Positions 12,576-25,982 of a stretch of 64,000 nt of DNA are shown here, in pieces. Origin of the DNA: Octopus vulgaris. Lineage: Eukaryota. The position numbers and the translations under genes are program-made. The number at the start of each line of letters is the position of its first letter. Positions within the stretch are counted from its first letter, which is position 1. The notes below the pieces were generated by a model that did no database searches, was not told where the DNA came from, and saw nothing but the letters and a program-made list of their open reading frames with translations. The stretch is taken from positions 37,014,001 through 37,078,000 of the forward strand of contig OX597831.1 of NCBI GenBank assembly GCA_951406725.2, in the 5' to 3' direction.

Positions 12576-13022
12576 TATATATATATAAGCCGAGGGTGTA
12601 CTGTGAATATAACTAACAAGGGACCACTACCAATAAAAGCACGAACAGGATATTGTTAGCTTCAGTTTCAATTTATTGTTAATTAATTTCTCGTAAAAAT
12701 TTCCTCAGAAGACTGTGATATGTTTAATAGCTGGAATGTCGCAGCAGAGTGATAAAATTATTGCGACAAATTAATTGAGAATAAAATGGAAATCGAAGTA
12801 ATCTTAAAAAATCAGCGTGTGTGTCAATTAGAACGATGACCATCACAAAATGCACTGTTATATCTTGTAAGGTACATTTCTACAAAACATATTTTCGCTT
12901 CCGTTCTTTCATTCCACGCTCTTTGAATTCTTTGTAACAAGGAAACTCACAGGAACAGACGCGCGCACACACAAACACACACGCACAATACAGATTATAT
13001 ACACATATAAATATTGACTATA

Positions 13023-13088
<66 letters not shown>

Positions 13089-13218
13089 TTCATACCTATA
13101 GCTGTGCATCTGTGCATGGATACATTTGTGACCGCATGTGAGTGTGTTTGAGTTTTTAATGTCTATGTTCCCTGCTGTAATACTTTTTTATAACGTTTTT
13201 TATGTTTTTAGATTGATT

Positions 13219-13296
13219 GTTCCTAATTGGCTTTCTCACCTGAGGGGGTACTGTGAATATCATCATCATCATCATTAATTATTATTATTATTATTA

Positions 13297-13367
<71 letters not shown>

Positions 13368-13850
13368 AATATTCAAATATGACATATTGCCATAGTTACC
13401 AATCTGCTTTGAATTATGAATTTACTAGACGGAGTTTGTATCCTGTTAATCTCAGATTCGTATAGTTATCCAATAAATACTCTACAGCAATTTAGATGTC
13501 TTTTGTTAGTTTTTTGTTTTTTAAAGCCGTGTCTTATGAATATAAATTGAACTTAATATTTAAGTTTCACCATAAATTTTACTTTAGCAGTTAAAAAAAG
13601 TGTTGCCAATGCCGATAACGAGTAAAATCTAGAAAAATATAATAAAAGAATTAAAAAAAAATATTATATCCCGATATTGTGTTTTGATAAAGCAATACTG
13701 TGTAAACAACGTTGGTAAGATATATTTTATACCATAAGAAGTGGAAAGCAAACAGTTTGAATAATAGTATTTAGTCCAAAATACTATCGACTCAGAAAAG
13801 AATGTAGAAGAGTAAATATAGACACAAAAGCTCAGACAATTTAAGAAAAA
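13219..13850 (+). repeat. Old local duplication, copy 2 (interrupted only by a microsatellite)
   Basis: Colinear with 2576-2930 plus 4545-4720. Confidence 0.75.
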
Positions 13851-14083
13851 AGTCTTTTTATTACATTTAAATTTTTTTATGTGCTTTTCTATGGATTTCT
13901 TTATGTTTTTCTTTATCTATATTTGCTGTAACACAGCCGAACTTAGTTTTATATAAGAAGAGAGTGGACAGTGATAGGAACTTAATATTTGGAGACTGCG
14001 ACAATCTGAAGTAATGCGGTAACAAGAGTGACCGTGCTTGAATATGAGAGGAGAGGTGGAGGTTTCCGGATTTTAGAATTGAA

Positions 14084-14492
14084 AGGCAGCGAGCTGGCAG
14101 AATCGTTAGCACGCCGGGCGAAATGCGTAGCCGTATTTCGTCTGCCGCTACGTTCTGATTTTAAATTCCGCCGAGGTCGACTTTACCTTTCATCATTTCG
14201 GGGTCGATGAATTAAGTACCAGTTATGCACTGGGGTCGATATAATCGACTTAATCCGTCTGTCTGTCATTGTTTGTCCTCTCTGTGTTTAGCCCCTTGTG
14301 GGTAGTAAAGAAATAGGAAACAGGTATTTCGTCTGTTTTTACATTCTGAATTCAAATTCCGCCGAGGTCGACTTTGCCTTTTATCGTTTCGAGGTTGATA
14401 AATTAAATACCCGTTGCGTACTGCGGTCGATCTCATTGACTGCCCCCCCTCCCCAAAAGTTCAAGCCTTGTGCCTAGGGTAGAAGAGGATTT
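14084..14492 (+). mobile_element. Family-2 SINE dimer (tail-A unit joined at GGTATT to a headless tail-B unit)
   Basis: Two Nin/Deu-like cores, one head, junction at 14323. Confidence 0.85.
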
Positions 14493-14842
14493 TAGATTAG
14501 AATTTGTTGATGCCGCGAGGAAATTTTAGCTTTAAAATTTATTTTTCGCACTCACATGTTTTAATTTTTAGTATTTGGTAGATTTGTTTTTCTTAAAACA
14601 CAGCTAGCAAAATAACTGATATTTGAAATAGAGTTAGATGAGCTGGTAGAATCGTCAGAGCGTCAGAGAAAATACTTCAGTCTCTTTCTGAGTTCAAATC
14701 CTGGGGAAGTAAATTCTGTCTTTCATCCCTTTGGGATCGATAAAAGAAAGTATTAGTCAAATACTGGGGTCGATATAATCAACTTTGCAATGGATGAGCG
14801 TTGCTTTCAGAGGAACGTTGCGAACTCGGACACTGTGAAGCC

Positions 14843-15058
14843 GGCGAGCTGGCAGAAACTTTAGCACGCCGGGCGAATTGCTTAGCGGTATTTCTGAGTT
14901 CAAATTCCGCCGAGGTCGACTTTGCCTTTCATCCTTTCGGGTTCGATAAATTAAGTACCAGTTACGCACTGGGGTCGATGTAATCGACTTAATCCCTTCG
15001 TCTGTCCTTGTTTGTCCCCTCTATGTTTAGCCCCTTGTGGGCAATAAATAAATAAGAA
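14843..15058 (+). mobile_element. Family-2 SINE, tail A
   Basis: Head GGCGAGCTGGCAG, tail AGCCCCTTGTGGGCAATAAA; imperfect TSD ACTG(T/A)GAAGCC. Confidence 0.85.
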
Positions 15059-15370
15059 ACTGAGAAGCCCTCCATTTAAATCTCAGAGCTCAAGACGTAT
15101 TTAAGAAAAAAACATGTTTAAATTAACACAAGATAATGTTAATATAAACAAGACCATTCATTTCATGGGAAAGGTGAACTGGCAAAGTGAGATAATGCAG
15201 AATAGAAAAGAGTTAAGGAACATTACTCCTGATAATAACTCGATATGTAAGAATTTACAAGCAGGAAGTATGGGCTCTGTGGGCCACACATTGTTGCTTA
15301 ACGGACAACCATCATGCTATAATGACTCGATAAACCTAGATATTGTTGCACAAATGCACATTCTTATAGT

Positions 15371-15955
15371 CCTTTCCGCAATAGGCACAAGGCCTGAAAT
15401 TTGTGTGGAGGGAAGTGGTAGATTGCATAAGCCCCAGTAATCAACTGGTATTTGTTTTATCGACTCCGAAATGATAAAGAGTAAAGTCGACCTCGGCGGA
15501 ATTTGAACTCAGAATATGAAGACGAATGAAATACCTATTTCTGTTTCTTTACTACCCACAAGGGGCTAAACACAGAGGGGACAAACAAGGACAGACAAAC
15601 GGATTAAGACGGTTACATCGGCCCCAGTGCGTAACTGGTACTTAATTTATCGACCCCGAAAGGATGAAAGGCAAAGTCGACCTCGGCGGAATTCGAACTC
15701 AGAACGTAGCAGCAGACAAAATACCTATTTCTTTACTACCCACAAGGGGCTAAACACAGAGGGGACAAACAAGGACAGACATAGGTATTAAGTCGATTAC
15801 ATCGACCCCAGTGCGTAACTGGTACTTTATTTATCGACCCCGAAAGGATGAAAGGCAAAGTCGACCTCGGCGGAATTTGAACTCAGAACGTAGCAGCAGA
15901 CAAAATACCGCTAAGCATTTCGCCCGGCGTGCTAACGATTCTGCCTGCTCACCTT
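15371..15955 (-). mobile_element. Family-2 SINE trimer with a single head
   Basis: Junctions at AATACC 15530-15535 and 15720-15725. Confidence 0.9.
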
Positions 15956-15989
15956 CTTTCATATACTCATGATGAAGTCATAGCATTAT

Positions 15990-16187
15990 GAGGAAACTGC
16001 ATAAAGAGAGGCGGGGACTGCATAAAGAGAGGAGGAGCCTGCATAAAGAGAAGAGGAGACTGAAGAAAGAGAGAAGGAGACTGTATAAAAAGAGAAGAAT
16101 ACTGCTTAAAGAGAGGAGGAGACAGCAGAAAGAGAGGAGGAGACTGTATATAGAGAGTAGGATACAGCATAAAGGGAAGAGGAGATA
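15990..16187 (+). repeat. 21-bp minisatellite, about 9 copies
   Basis: Unit ~GGAGGAGACTGCATAAAGAGA. Confidence 0.9.
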
Positions 16188-16524
16188 TCGTCTCCAAACT
16201 CCTGCGGCTGTTGTTTGAAATCACATTCAGTGTCCTCAATGCTATAGGATCTGCTTATCTCTTATCTCGTATCGGTCTTCTCAGTCACGTCAGCTAAAAT
16301 GAGAAACAGTGTACTGGAGATGGATTAGGATGAAAGTCTTGGATCAACGCTGTCATCACGTTTGCTGGGATGTCGTAAACGCGTAAATAAGCAAGTAAAG
16401 CATGTGCACAACGTGGAATGAAAGTGTCTGGCTCAAAGATACAACGCGGCGCACCAGGTATCGAAATCGCCACCCTACGATCGGGAGCCGAATAACCTAT
16501 CCGCTGAGTCACACACACACACAC

Positions 16525-16592
<68 letters not shown>

Positions 16593-16701
16593 TTATATAC
16601 ATAATTAATTTAAAAAGAAAACGGAGAAAAAAGACATGAAGAAAAATCAGAACGGGAATGTGAAACTCTGAGTAACAGTTTTTGTTATATTTCTGCTGCT
16701 T

Positions 16702-16825
<124 letters not shown>

Positions 16826-17076
16826 AAGTATGAAAATGGAGAAACACATCTTAATCAATGATCAACTACCAGATAATACCCAATCACATAATTTATTAAA
16901 CCACTACATATGAACATTAGGGTCAAACATAATAATATAGAACAAAACAATGTACACGAAAGAGTAATATGATACAATAAGTACAGTATGTATAAGTGAA
17001 TATAAATAAATACAAATATAAATATAACTATACGGTGCATCAGCATGGCCGCAGCTCTGAACTGAAACTAGGAACC

Positions 17077-17107
<31 letters not shown>

Positions 17108-17544
17108 TGCACATATAAATATGCGTGTGTGTGTGTGTTTGTGTGTGTAAATGTATCTGCGTATTTCTATAAAGACGAACACTAAATTTAAAAAGTGGAA
17201 ATTGCTTAACTTGGAGAAAACTTCGATTCTTCAATTATTCATGAAAATCTATTGAAGACCGTAGTCGATGCCATAAATCGCAAAGTTGCTATGAATAGCA
17301 ATAGCATTTCTTGGAGAAATGCTTTTCTTGAGAGTTCTTATATATAAGTCAAAGTCTGATTTCTTTAGCTGTCATTTGCGGAATATGAAAAAAAGTTGTG
17401 CTAGGCTTGGTAAGTGGAAATATTGCTTTCAAACGATACTGTGGTTACAGAAACGTCGTTTGATTGTTGTAAAATTATCAGTTGCCAATTTTAGATTATT
17501 GCATCTTCTAGCCTTAGCGACCATTATTGATTTCTGCATATGAT

Positions 17545-18173
17545 TACACGTCAGCATCGACGTCCTTGTCGCTGTCGTTATCGTCGTCGTCGTCGACGGC
17601 GGCGCTTTCATTCTCGTTGGTGTTGGCTCCCTCGTTGTCGTCGTCGTCTCATCATCTCCACCACTGTCATCATCGTCATCATCGTCATCATCATCATCAT
17701 CATCATCGTCATCATCATCATCATCATAATCATCATCATCATCGTCATCATCATCATCATCATCGTCAACACCGTCGTCATCGTCGTCGTCGTCATCATC
17801 ATCATCATCATCGTCATCATCGTCATCATCATCATCATCAACGCCATCGTCATCATCATCGCCATGGATATTGTTTTCATTCTCGTTAGCGTCGATGCCC
17901 TCGTCGTCGTCGTCATCATCATCATCATCATCATCACCATCATCATCACCATCATCATCATCATCGCCATCGTCATCATCATCACCATGGATATCGCTTT
18001 CATTCTCGTTAGTGTCGATGCCCTCGTCGTAGTCGTCGTCATCATCGTCGTCATCATCATCATCATCATCATCGCCATCGTCATCATCGCCATGGATATT
18101 GTTTTCATTCTCGTTAGCGTCAATGCCCTCGTCGTCGTCGTCGTCATCGTCGTCGTCGTCATCGTCATCATCG

Positions 18174-18205
<32 letters not shown>

Positions 18206-18270
18206 GCCATCGTCATCATGACCACCATGGACATCGTTTTCCTCCTCGCTGGCTACGGTGCCCTCGTCGC
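17545..18270 (-). repeat. (GAY)n array with a higher-order ~42-bp spacer unit; Asp-rich open frame
   Basis: Spacer reads EGIDANENENNIHG (or variants) five times between poly-Asp tracts. Confidence 0.8.
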
Positions 18271-18621
18271 ATCTCCTGGCCACCTCTAATAGGCAATCTC
18301 AACTTCACTCTTTCAGTTGCAGTTCAAACAAGAAACTGAAAGAAGCCCGTCGTATATATACATGTCTAAATATTCATGTGTGTGTGTGTATCTTTGTGTG
18401 TTTGCTTGGCCCCACCGGATCAGCGCTTGATCACCGGTGTTAGTGTCTTTACGTCCTCGTACGTTAGCAGTTCGGCAAAAGCGACCGATAAAATAAGTAC
18501 TAGGCTTCCAAACAAAAAAAGTACTGACGAAAATTCAGTTGACTAAAATTCCTGAAGGTGGTGCACCAGCATGGCCACATTCAAATGATTGAAACATGTA
18601 AAAGATAAAAAGTAAAAAAGT

Positions 18622-18701
18622 CTCCTACAGCCGTTTCTAGAACAGCCACGCATGTGCATCACCGTACTCAATTTATGGAAATAAGCTGAGTCATCAGAGA
18701 G
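18622..18701 (-). ncRNA. Degenerate hammerhead motif in a PLE foldback (inverted partner ~18846-18887)
   Basis: CTCT-CTGATGA..GAAA-CGGCTG-TA-GGAG; partner has GAAA-CAGCTG-TA-AGAGAC; stem II closure unclear. Confidence 0.55.
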
Positions 18702-18976
18702 GGAGAAGTTAGAGAAATGAAAAAGTTTAAGAAAATCCTCAGTCGGGGATATTAAAATATTCCAGCTTCTCAAAAATAGGGAAGGATCAAAGTAAAGAAG
18801 GTATGCAGTTCCGTGATTGAATATGGAATTCATTCTCAATATGATCATGCATATGCGTGGCTATTCCTGAAACAGCTGTAAGAGACTCTATATGATTATA
18901 TTCTCTATCTAAGTTAAATATACTTTTCAAGTAATACGAAATGTTTTGCTTTTCCATTTATACTTTAATCTGTCTG

Positions 18977-19055
<79 letters not shown>

Positions 19056-19082
19056 GTCTGTCTGTCTGTCTGTCTGTCTTAC

Positions 19083-19119
<37 letters not shown>

Positions 19120-19269
19120 GCCTGCTTGTCTGTCTGTCTATCTATCTATCTAAGCATTTCGCCCGGCATGCTAACGGGTCAGCCAGAACGCCGCCTTAAC
19201 ATGGGGAAATATTGCCTTGTCTGGAAACAGGCGATGATTGTCGACAGGAAAAGCATCTGGCAGTAGAAA

Positions 19270-19349
<80 letters not shown>

Positions 19350-20604
19350 CTACGTATGTACGTAAGTATGTATGTATCTGTATATCTATCCTTCTATCTA
19401 TGCGCGCGTGCGTGTATGTGTGTTTGTGTGTGTGTGTGTATGTGCTTAGAAGCTGAAGATTATGCTGAAATTTTTTTACGCTGTGAAAAGTTTACGTAAT
19501 ATAGAACTCAATTCATTGGCTAGAGTGGGTAGGCTATATCTATTTTATCAAACGATGACAGCCTACTTGAGTTTTCTTTTCGGCTACGATGTTCTTAAAC
19601 AACGTTAAGAAGCGTGTGTGTGAGTGCGTATATATAAATATACATACATACATATATGTATACATATATATACGCACATATATGCGTATATAAGTATGAA
19701 TGTACTGAAGTGGTTTAGAAGGTACCTCACATTGCAATGTTCAACAGAGGCTGATAGAGTCGACCTAGACATTAGTAATGTTAACATACTTATGTGATTT
19801 GCTTTCCCAAACAACGTTCTTCGACATTTATATAGCTTGGCTTGAGGAGCATATATTTCAATAGAAGTGTTTAACCTTATTGTGCTCGATGATTCAACAT
19901 ATATTGGTACACATTCATAGACATTACCGTTAGGTTCAATTGAGGTTACAAGAGTTAACTACAGAATTATATATTTCATCAGTTTTGTAAGCAGAACACT
20001 TTTTCTGGTTTTTGTATTTTTATAATTTGTCTGTTCAAATAAATTATTGTATAGAGTTCAGTAGATGTTACAAGAGCTAGCTAAATAAATATATATTTCA
20101 ACAGAAGTCTGTAAGCAAAGCTTTTTTTATTTGTCTACACAAAGACTTCTCTCCTCTTTTATATCATACAAAATTTAATTTCAATAAAACCAATCTTTGA
20201 TAAACATTTAAATGTCAATATGTAGTAAATAGCAGATTCTTAATTCTGTTTAACCCTTTCATAATTATATTCCTGTCGAATTATATTGTCTATATAATAT
20301 TTCGATTACTTTAGAAAATAGTGAAGAATTTAGAGGTTTTTAGTAATTTAACTAATGTTTTCTTGTTTTTGTATATTTGATTAATCTTAACAAAAGATTC
20401 TTACATAAAATTATGAGGGAAATATTGTACAGAAAGAAGAGAACTGTTGATACAGAGCTTCATGAGAAACAGAAGTTCAAATGAACCGAACTAATGTTAG
20501 AAAGAGGGGTCCTCTTTTATCTTTGAGATATGGGGCAATTTTCCGAGCCGTTTGAATAAACGAACGAATAAATTAGAGAGCAGAGAAGACCCTTTACAGT
20601 CTTA

Positions 20605-20835
20605 AAGTAGCACTCCGTCGGTTACGATGACAAGGGTTCCAGTTTATGTGATCAACTGCACAGCTTGATCATGAAATTAACGAATTAACGTACAAGTGGC
20701 TGAGCACTCTGCAGATACGCGTACACATAACGTAGTTCTCAAGGAAATTCAGCATGACACAAAATGTGACATGGATGGCCCTTTGAAAATTACAGGTACT
20801 ACTCAGTTTTGAAAGCTGAGTGGATTGGAGCAACG
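20605..20835 (-). mobile_element. SINE body/tail (family 4); another copy at 62180-62377 (+)
   Basis: Shared TCCACT..AAAA.TGAGT..TGTAATT..AAAGGGCCA..TGTCA..GTAAC.GACG.GAGTGC. Confidence 0.7.
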
Positions 20836-20994
20836 TAAATTTTCTAGTTTTACTAGAGAGTATACAGTCTATCGAGCTTTAGTGCAATGATAAAATGCAT
20901 CCAAGAAATTTTGTAAAATGGTTGGTGATAGAAAGAGCAACTAACTATAAAACCAATACAAAACAAAAACGTTTAAGTAAGGTTCTCGACCCGT

Positions 20995-21028
<34 letters not shown>

Positions 21029-21240
21029 TTGAGGGGAAATAATTCTGGACAAAACTGACTGTGACAACGAGGGCCTGTCCAACCCATACCAGCATGGAGA
21101 AACAGATGTAGAAATGAAATGGTAGTAAGGAATGATATTGACGAATGATCATGATAATGATGAGAGTAATGATGACGAGGATGACACACGACGTCGACGA
21201 CGATCACTGATGATTCTGATGACGGTGGTGATGACGGTGG

Positions 21241-21276
<36 letters not shown>

Positions 21277-22305
21277 GTATGGTGATGGTGATGATGATGA
21301 TGATGACGACGTCGATGATGGTGGTGGTGATGATGATGATGATGATATGATGAAGATGGTGATGAAGATGATGATGATGTTGATGATGATAATGATGATG
21401 ATGATGATGATGATGATGAAGATGGTGAGGAAGATGGTGATGAAGATGGTGATGATGATGATGATGATGATGGTGATGATGAAGATGATGATGATGATGA
21501 CGTTGACGATGATTATGATGACGACGACGACGAGGATGATGAAGAAGACATATTTATATAATACATGCAATAACATTAAACGGTTCTACGTCTGTATAGA
21601 CGATGAGTAATCGATTGCTCTATCAACCGAAATAACAAGCACATTAAATTAGCATGCAAGTGACTGAAAATTCTTCGGATACAACTCCATCTCGAGAATT
21701 ACTTTAAAAAAATCCCCAGGACAAAATCAGCGTTACAGTGTGTGTATCAACACAAGAAGTGGAATAACAGGTGTAATCCATCCGACGGGATTCCACACAG
21801 TTTCCATGTAGTCAACGTAAATTCACTAACAAGGTTTGTGTCGATTCAAGGTTATCGTAAAACTCACCTACTTAACATGCCAAGCAAGGAGATCGAACAT
21901 GGAACCTCGATGCGGCAAAGAAAACGTCGCTTCTTAATTATTGAGCGTGGTTACAAACGCAAAACAGTCAGCCACCCGCCACAAGTGTAGCTGTTTAGTT
22001 AAGAAGGTTGCTTCCAAATCATGTACCCTCGAGTTCTATCCCATTCGGTTGCACTTTGGACACGCGTCATCTATTGCAGCACCAGGTAGGCCAGAGCCTT
22101 GTCACTGAATTTGATAGACGGAAGCTGGACGAAGTCTGTCGCATACATAATACATACATACATATACATGCATACATGCATGCATGCGTACATATATACA
22201 TACATACATACTGGGTGTGTGGTAAGTAGCTTGCTTACCAACCACATGATACCGGGTTCCTTCCCAGGCTTCGGTGGAAAACATGAATGAACATAGGGAA
22301 ATATT

Positions 22306-22912
22306 CCTTTCTACTATAAGCACAAGGTCTGAATTTTTTGTGGGGGGCAGTAAGTCGAGTACATCGACCCCAGTGTTTCACCGGTACTTAATTTATCGAC
22401 CCCGAAAGGAGGAAAAGCAAAGTCGACCCCGGCGGCATTTGAACTCAGAACATGAAGACAAAATACCACTAAGCATTTTGCCCGGCGTGCTAACGTTTCT
22501 TATTTCTTTATTGTCCACAAGGGGCTAAACATTGAGGGGACAAACAAAGGGATTAAGTCGATTACATCGACCCCAGTGCGTAACTGGTACTTATTTAATC
22601 GACCCCGAAAGGATGAAAAGCAAAGACGACTTCGGCGGAATTTGAACTCAGAACGTAACAGCAGACGAAATACCTATTTATATTTCTTTACTACCCACAA
22701 GGGGCGAAACACAGAGGAGACAAACAAGGACAGACAGAGGGATTAATCGATTATATCGACCCCAGTGCGTAACTGGTACTTATTTAATCGATCCCGAAAA
22801 GAATGAAAGGCAAAGTCGACCTCGGCGGAATTTGAACTCAGAACGTAACGGCAGACGAAATACCGCTAAGCATTTCGCCCGGCGTGCTAACGATTCAGCC
22901 AGCTCGCCGCCT
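22306..22912 (-). mobile_element. Family-2 SINE trimer
   Basis: Three cores; junctions at ~22500 (AGAAAC site) and 22669-22674 (GGTATT site). Confidence 0.9.
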
Positions 22913-24158
22913 TAACATGGGGACATATTGCCTTGACTGGAAACAGGCGATGACTGGCGACAGGAAAAGCATCTGGCAGTAGAAAATCAAATCTGCTTCA
23001 ACAAATACCGTCTGTCCCATACATGTATAGAAAAGTGGTCGTTAAATGGTGATGATGTCAATGCTATAGACACCCACACACACATACACATATAGCATAT
23101 ATATATATTCAATCTCTTCCTGACTGATTTCTCTCCTTCCTTCCTCTTTCCTCTCCCCCTCTCTCTTTGTAATATACACAATACACATGTGTAAATAATA
23201 GTATTGGCGTATTCTTGTATTCCTCAGTTAAAATTAATCACAAATAAATACATTACAGTTACGTTAATGTCGTGCCACGGTGTCTTTGCTTTTGCTTTCA
23301 GTTAGACAAGAACACCAACACCAACACCATCAACACCAGCACCAACAACACCAGCACCAAAAAAAAAATACAACAACAAAACAAAAATAAATATCAATAA
23401 ACAAAAAAACAGAAATTAAAAATAAAAAAAAAAAAGCAAAAAATTATAAAATAAAATAGAGGGAAAGAAACATCCTCAAAAAAATACAAAAACCCCCCCC
23501 AAGAAACAAAACAAAACAGCCAAACCGAATTGAGAATATCTCCAGCCAAAGCGATAGCATGGAATTTCATTTGGCTTTTTTTTCTTCCTTTCCTTCTTTC
23601 ATTCTCTGTAATGAAATGTCTCTCATTCGTCATCAAAGTGTTGTTCTATGAATAAATTTATTCTTTCTAAATCACACAGAAATGACAGTATTATACACTT
23701 TTACATTCTTTTCTTTGAAGTTTTCCCTTAATTTACTTTCTTGCTTTTCCCCTTCTGTTTATTTTTTTTTTATTTATTTTCTTTTTCTTTTTGTTTTTAT
23801 TTTTGGTCTTGCGATGCTATTATGTATATCAGACAACATGCAATCATCACCATCGTCATCATCATCAACTTCGTCATCGTCATCACTGCTAAACCCACAC
23901 TACTTTCACTATCATCGTCGTTGTCACCGTAGTCGTGGTCGTGGTCGTCACCCTTCCTCACTTTCTTTTTCCTCCTCTTCCTAATAAAAAAGTTATGACA
24001 ACTTTTCCAATACTTTCAGTACAAACCTCGTGTGTGAGCGTTTGGTGTGTGTGTGTATACATACATACATAAATATTTACATACATACATATCTATATAT
24101 ATATATATATATATATACATTAATTGAAGTGTTCAATATTATATATTCATTAAGGCCA

Positions 24159-24243
24159 ATCATACCAATAGGTTTCGCACTTGAGGTTCAACGGAGTGTT
24201 AGATAACAGTCCGATTATGTAACCCGGCTCTCTTCAGAGATGC
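24159..24243 (-). ncRNA. Degenerate hammerhead motif in PLE-like remnant ~24120-24520
   Basis: ATCT-CTGAAGA-G..C-GAAA-CCTATTGG-TA-TGAT. Confidence 0.5.
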
Positions 24244-24588
24244 AGTTGTTGAGTGAAATATGACAACTGCTCTCTTTTGTTGGAGGTGAAATAAACACAT
24301 CTTATTTGTGGTTGGTGTGAAAAAGATGACGAAACGAACCGAGCAAGGGTTAGGTTAAGAGTCATGTCCATTGCCACCAAAATGGCGTCTGGGGGTGTTG
24401 CAAGGTGACGTGGGTTGTCTAGAAAAGTGTGTGTGGGAAATGACTGTATGTTTTAAGGTTGGTGCTTTTGTAGAGTTGGAATGTACAGTGATACAGTATA
24501 TATTGCACTTTCGGGGAGGGGATATATATATATGCATGTGTATATGTATGCATGAATGAATGTACATATATATATCTGTATGTATATA

Positions 24589-24639
<51 letters not shown>

Positions 24640-25419
24640 GTGTGTGTGTGTATGTATGTATATATATATATATATATATAAACATCTGTATAAATATATA
24701 TATACATATGTCTAATATACACATATGTATACATCTTCACATATATATTTTCTTCTACTACTAAGCACTGACCTGTTCAATCACCTAATCTATATTCCTA
24801 AATTCTTCATTCCATACTGCTACCCCTCTCCCTTCCCCATTACTTAGACTCTATCACTACATGACTGACACTCCTTTACATTTTATACCTCTCTCTCTCT
24901 ATCACTCACCATTCCTTCTATCTTTTTACACCGTAATACATATGTCTCTCTATCACCCTCATCTCCCCATTCCTACTTTCAAATTATCTTGACTGGCCTC
25001 TAACTGGTATACTTTCTCGTGTTATCTATCTCTTTGTTTTTCTTCTTTCTTTTCTTTCTTCTCTTTATTCCTCTCTTCCTGTTTTTCTTTTTCCTTATCT
25101 TTTTTCTCTTTTTTTATTCTTCTCTTCCTGTTTTCGATTTGACCTTACGAACACATTCCCTACTTTTAGGTCACTTTAAATAAAACCCTTGATTCAATAG
25201 AACTGTATAGAAACTCTATACTTGGAATGACCAATTCTAGATACTACTGGATTTTACTCACAAGGTACTTGGATCTTATATTTATACCAGTCTGCCTAAA
25301 TAATGAATCTACAAATGCAATATCCCTACATATCTCACATCTATTTTCATTCCTTCCCTTCACTCTCTATTTCGTTATCTTATCTAAATTGACTATTGCT
25401 TAACCATTCTCTCACACCG

Positions 25420-25466
25420 TCTCCGATGAAGGGATATAATAAATTTCCTGGAAACAGCTGTAAAAC
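25420..25466 (+). ncRNA. Degenerate hammerhead motif near the 3' end of PLE-like remnant ~24745-25530
   Basis: GTCT-CCGATGA-AGGGA..TTCCT-G-GAAA-CAGCTG-TA-AAAC; downstream sequence recurs as a foldback at ~37775-37855. Confidence 0.6.
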
Positions 25467-25528
25467 CTTCTATTTATAAATGTTCTAAAATCCTCACAGC
25501 ATTCGTTTTTTTTACCTCATTCTGAAAA

Positions 25529-25568
<40 letters not shown>

Positions 25569-25572
25569 TTCA

Positions 25573-25603
<31 letters not shown>

Positions 25604-25668
25604 CATATATATATATTTACGTAAATGTCGAACGATGGAAATAAGTGCTCAACGAAGTTTTGATAGAT

Positions 25669-25944
25669 AAAATTTCTTTATTTGTGAATTAAGGCTACCA
25701 TTGGTTTCATGCTAAGAATAGAGAAGTAGGAAATATCCTAGTGTCCTAATAATTTTCCAACCAGATTACATGGAGAAGGTTCTTCACCTCTATTTCTAAA
25801 AACAGTCTTGTTTCGTTAACGGTGAAACTGTTTTCCAAAATGAAGGTGAACACCTTTCTCCATGTAATCGGCTTGGATATTGGATATTTTCCTACTTTAC
25901 TAAACATGAAACCAGTGGTAGCCTTAATTCACAAATAAAAAAAT

Positions 25945-25945
<1 letters not shown>
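25669..25945. repeat. ~275-bp imperfect palindrome (PLE foldback) between (TA)n tracts
   Basis: Both arms carry GAAA-CCARTGG-TA-GCCTT (hammerhead 3' half). Confidence 0.8.

Positions 25946-25982
<37 letters not shown>

Noticed and set aside
15371-15955. SINE arrays and other regular repeats as CRISPR-like arrays
   Set aside because: No unique spacers, no cas genes, eukaryotic context
19452-19480. Isolated CTGANGA matches (also near 9008, 12702, 23221, 37121, 54214)
   Set aside because: No convincing stems I/II or no properly placed GAAA and NUH; expected by chance
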